From: Gammaproteobacteria bacterium
Lineage (GTDB): Bacteria > Pseudomonadota > Gammaproteobacteria > CAKMZV01
Assembly (NCBI GenBank): GCA_965277625.1
Contig: OZ255827.1
Span: 1,608,550-1,672,549, forward strand
Reading direction: 5' to 3'
Length of the DNA stretch: 64,000 bases
The notes below the pieces were generated by a model that saw only the letters and a list, made by a program, of their open reading frames with translations, did not search any database and had not been told where the DNA came from. Every line of letters starts with the position of its first letter. Within the stretch, counting starts at the first letter, position 1. Position numbers and translations under genes: made by a program. Below are positions 62,994-64,000 of the stretch, piece by piece.

Positions 62994-63404
62994 TTAAGGT
63001 TTCTTAGAATCGTCTAATTTTTTATCGTCGCTTTGATCGTCCTCGGGCTGAACGATGGTCGGCTCATTATTTTGAAAAGACACAGGCAATATCTGCCAGG
63101 GCACCAGCTTGGCAACAATGGGCAGCAAAATCATACCCCCCGGTAATAGGAAAATGCCAAATGCTGGTATGGATTTGGCCAAATTTTTAGCTTGCTCTAA
63201 GGCTTTTTGACGTGCCTCATCGGTCACTGACTGACCCGTAGAAAGGCGCCAGAACACATCCAACATATCTTTAGATTCCAGCACTTCAAGCCAGGCTTTC
63301 TGGCTGACATTCTGAAATAATTTCTGCACTTTTTCGGGTCTTTTAACCCAATCCATTGCATCACGCATTTCTTTAAATAAGGATATCATAGCCTTTAGAT
63401 CCAT
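62994..63404 (-). CDS. Hypothetical protein with hydrophobic core segment and acidic/basic C-terminal tail
   Basis: 136-aa ORF containing a predicted TMS (FGIFLLPGGMILLPIVAKLV). No recognised motif. Confidence 0.4.
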   Translation of the reverse strand: MDLKAMISLFKEMRDAMDWVKRPEKVQKLFQNVSQKAWLEVLESKDMLDVFWRLSTGQSVTDEARQKALEQAKNLAKSIPAFGIFLLPGGMILLPIVAKLVPWQILPVSFQNNEPTIVQPEDDQSDDKKLDDSKKP

Positions 63405-63530
63405 TTGATTTTGTCGTCATTATCTCGCCTACGATGTAATGCATGATTGTTATACCCTATTGAAACGTGTAAAATGCCATCAAAAATTCGACACTTAAGT
63501 GTAACCCATACGACCCTTAATCACTAAAAT

Positions 63531-64000
63531 ATTTTGCACCTAAATAACACCTTCAACCTACCTCACACAGCCTCGGCCTTGACCGTCATCACTGATGCGG
63601 CACAGTTGCAAGGTACCAATGAGCACGCAGGCAGTATGATATTAGGTGCTGGCAGTAACATCTTATTCACCAAGAATATTGAAACACCCGTTTTGCAAAA
63701 TGCGATCAAAGGCATCAACCTCATTGATGAAACACCAACTTCTGTCACGCTACAAATTGGCAGCGGTGAAAACTGGCATGAATTTGTGGTGCATTGTGCC
63801 AATAATCAATGGTCTGGAATTGAGAATTTAGCCCTTATTCCTGGCACGGTTGGCGCAGCAATCATTCAAAACATCGGAGCCTATGGCGAAGAGATAAAAA
63901 ACACCATCCTCAAGGTTGAGTACGTTGATTTAACAACGGGCACAAGCCATTCCTTGAATCAGACTGACTGCCAATTCGGCTATAGAGACTCTATTTTCAA
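63531..64000 (+). CDS. murB: UDP-N-acetylenolpyruvoylglucosamine reductase (partial, 3' end beyond window)
   Basis: Frame-0 translation NNTFNLPHTASALTVITDAAQLQ...ILGAGSNILF...LALIPGTVGAAIIQNIGAYG...QFGYRDSIF is collinear with the E. coli MurB N-terminal half. The exact start is uncertain because there is no in-frame ATG, GTG or TTG between the stop at 63525 and the conserved NTF motif. Confidence 0.75.
   Translation, partial: MLHLNNTFNLPHTASALTVITDAAQLQGTNEHAGSMILGAGSNILFTKNIETPVLQNAIKGINLIDETPTSVTLQIGSGENWHEFVVHCANNQWSGIENLALIPGTVGAAIIQNIGAYGEEIKNTILKVEYVDLTTGTSHSLNQTDCQFGYRDSIF

Overview
This 64-kb window reads as a mostly core chromosomal segment of a gammaproteobacterium with roughly 43% GC. 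The gene content suggests a marine organism that handles sulfur compounds. I found no transposases, integrases, CRISPR arrays or tRNA genes. Gene order is given from the start of the window to the end.

- **Housekeeping genes at the start:** nudF, rarA, tag and bipA open the window.
- **rRNA:** A 23S-5S rRNA pair sits on the minus strand, flanked by a clean rho-independent terminator and a textbook rRNA promoter (TTGCAA, 17-bp spacer, TACAAT, GCGCGC discriminator). No 16S gene and no spacer tRNAs are linked to it, so the operon is split.
- **Demethylase-like gene:** Next to the rRNA lies a GcvT-family gene that looks like a DMSP-demethylase (DmdA).
- **Small-molecule module:** A divergent three-gene module follows: a class II aldolase-like gene, an LsrK-like FGGY kinase and a cupin.
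- **Purine and central metabolism:** guaD-xdhA-xdhB, gatCAB, xseA carrying an extra N-terminal domain, dusA and sspA.
- **Unusual fusion:** One gene fuses a Rossmann NAD(P)-binding domain to an apparently catalytically competent MGMT (Ogt-like) C-terminal domain.
- **Further housekeeping genes:** rsgA, phhB, ygfZ, rpsU and yqeY.
- **Organosulfonate locus:** The largest accessory block, about 33.3-43.3 kb, is a complete locus for 2,3-dihydroxypropane-1-sulfonate (DHPS) and sulfolactate catabolism. It contains a HisD-family HpsN, SDR and Zn-ADH racemase candidates, a ComC-like Ldh_2 dehydrogenase, SuyAB sulfolactate sulfo-lyase, a DctPQM-type TRAP transporter and a divergent IclR regulator, with exporters on both sides.
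- **TAXI-TRAP system with tandem repeat:** After secA comes a TAXI-type TRAP system. The 5' end of its fused permease gene is tandemly triplicated as diverged 170-bp units, giving two 56-codon upstream ORFs whose stops overlap the next ATG (ATGA).
- **End of the window:** a mutT/thiE-like fusion, ihfB, rpsA, a degP-like gene, rseC, an unframeshifted prfB, thrC, a soxXYZA cluster with no soxB or soxCD nearby, and the 5' part of murB.
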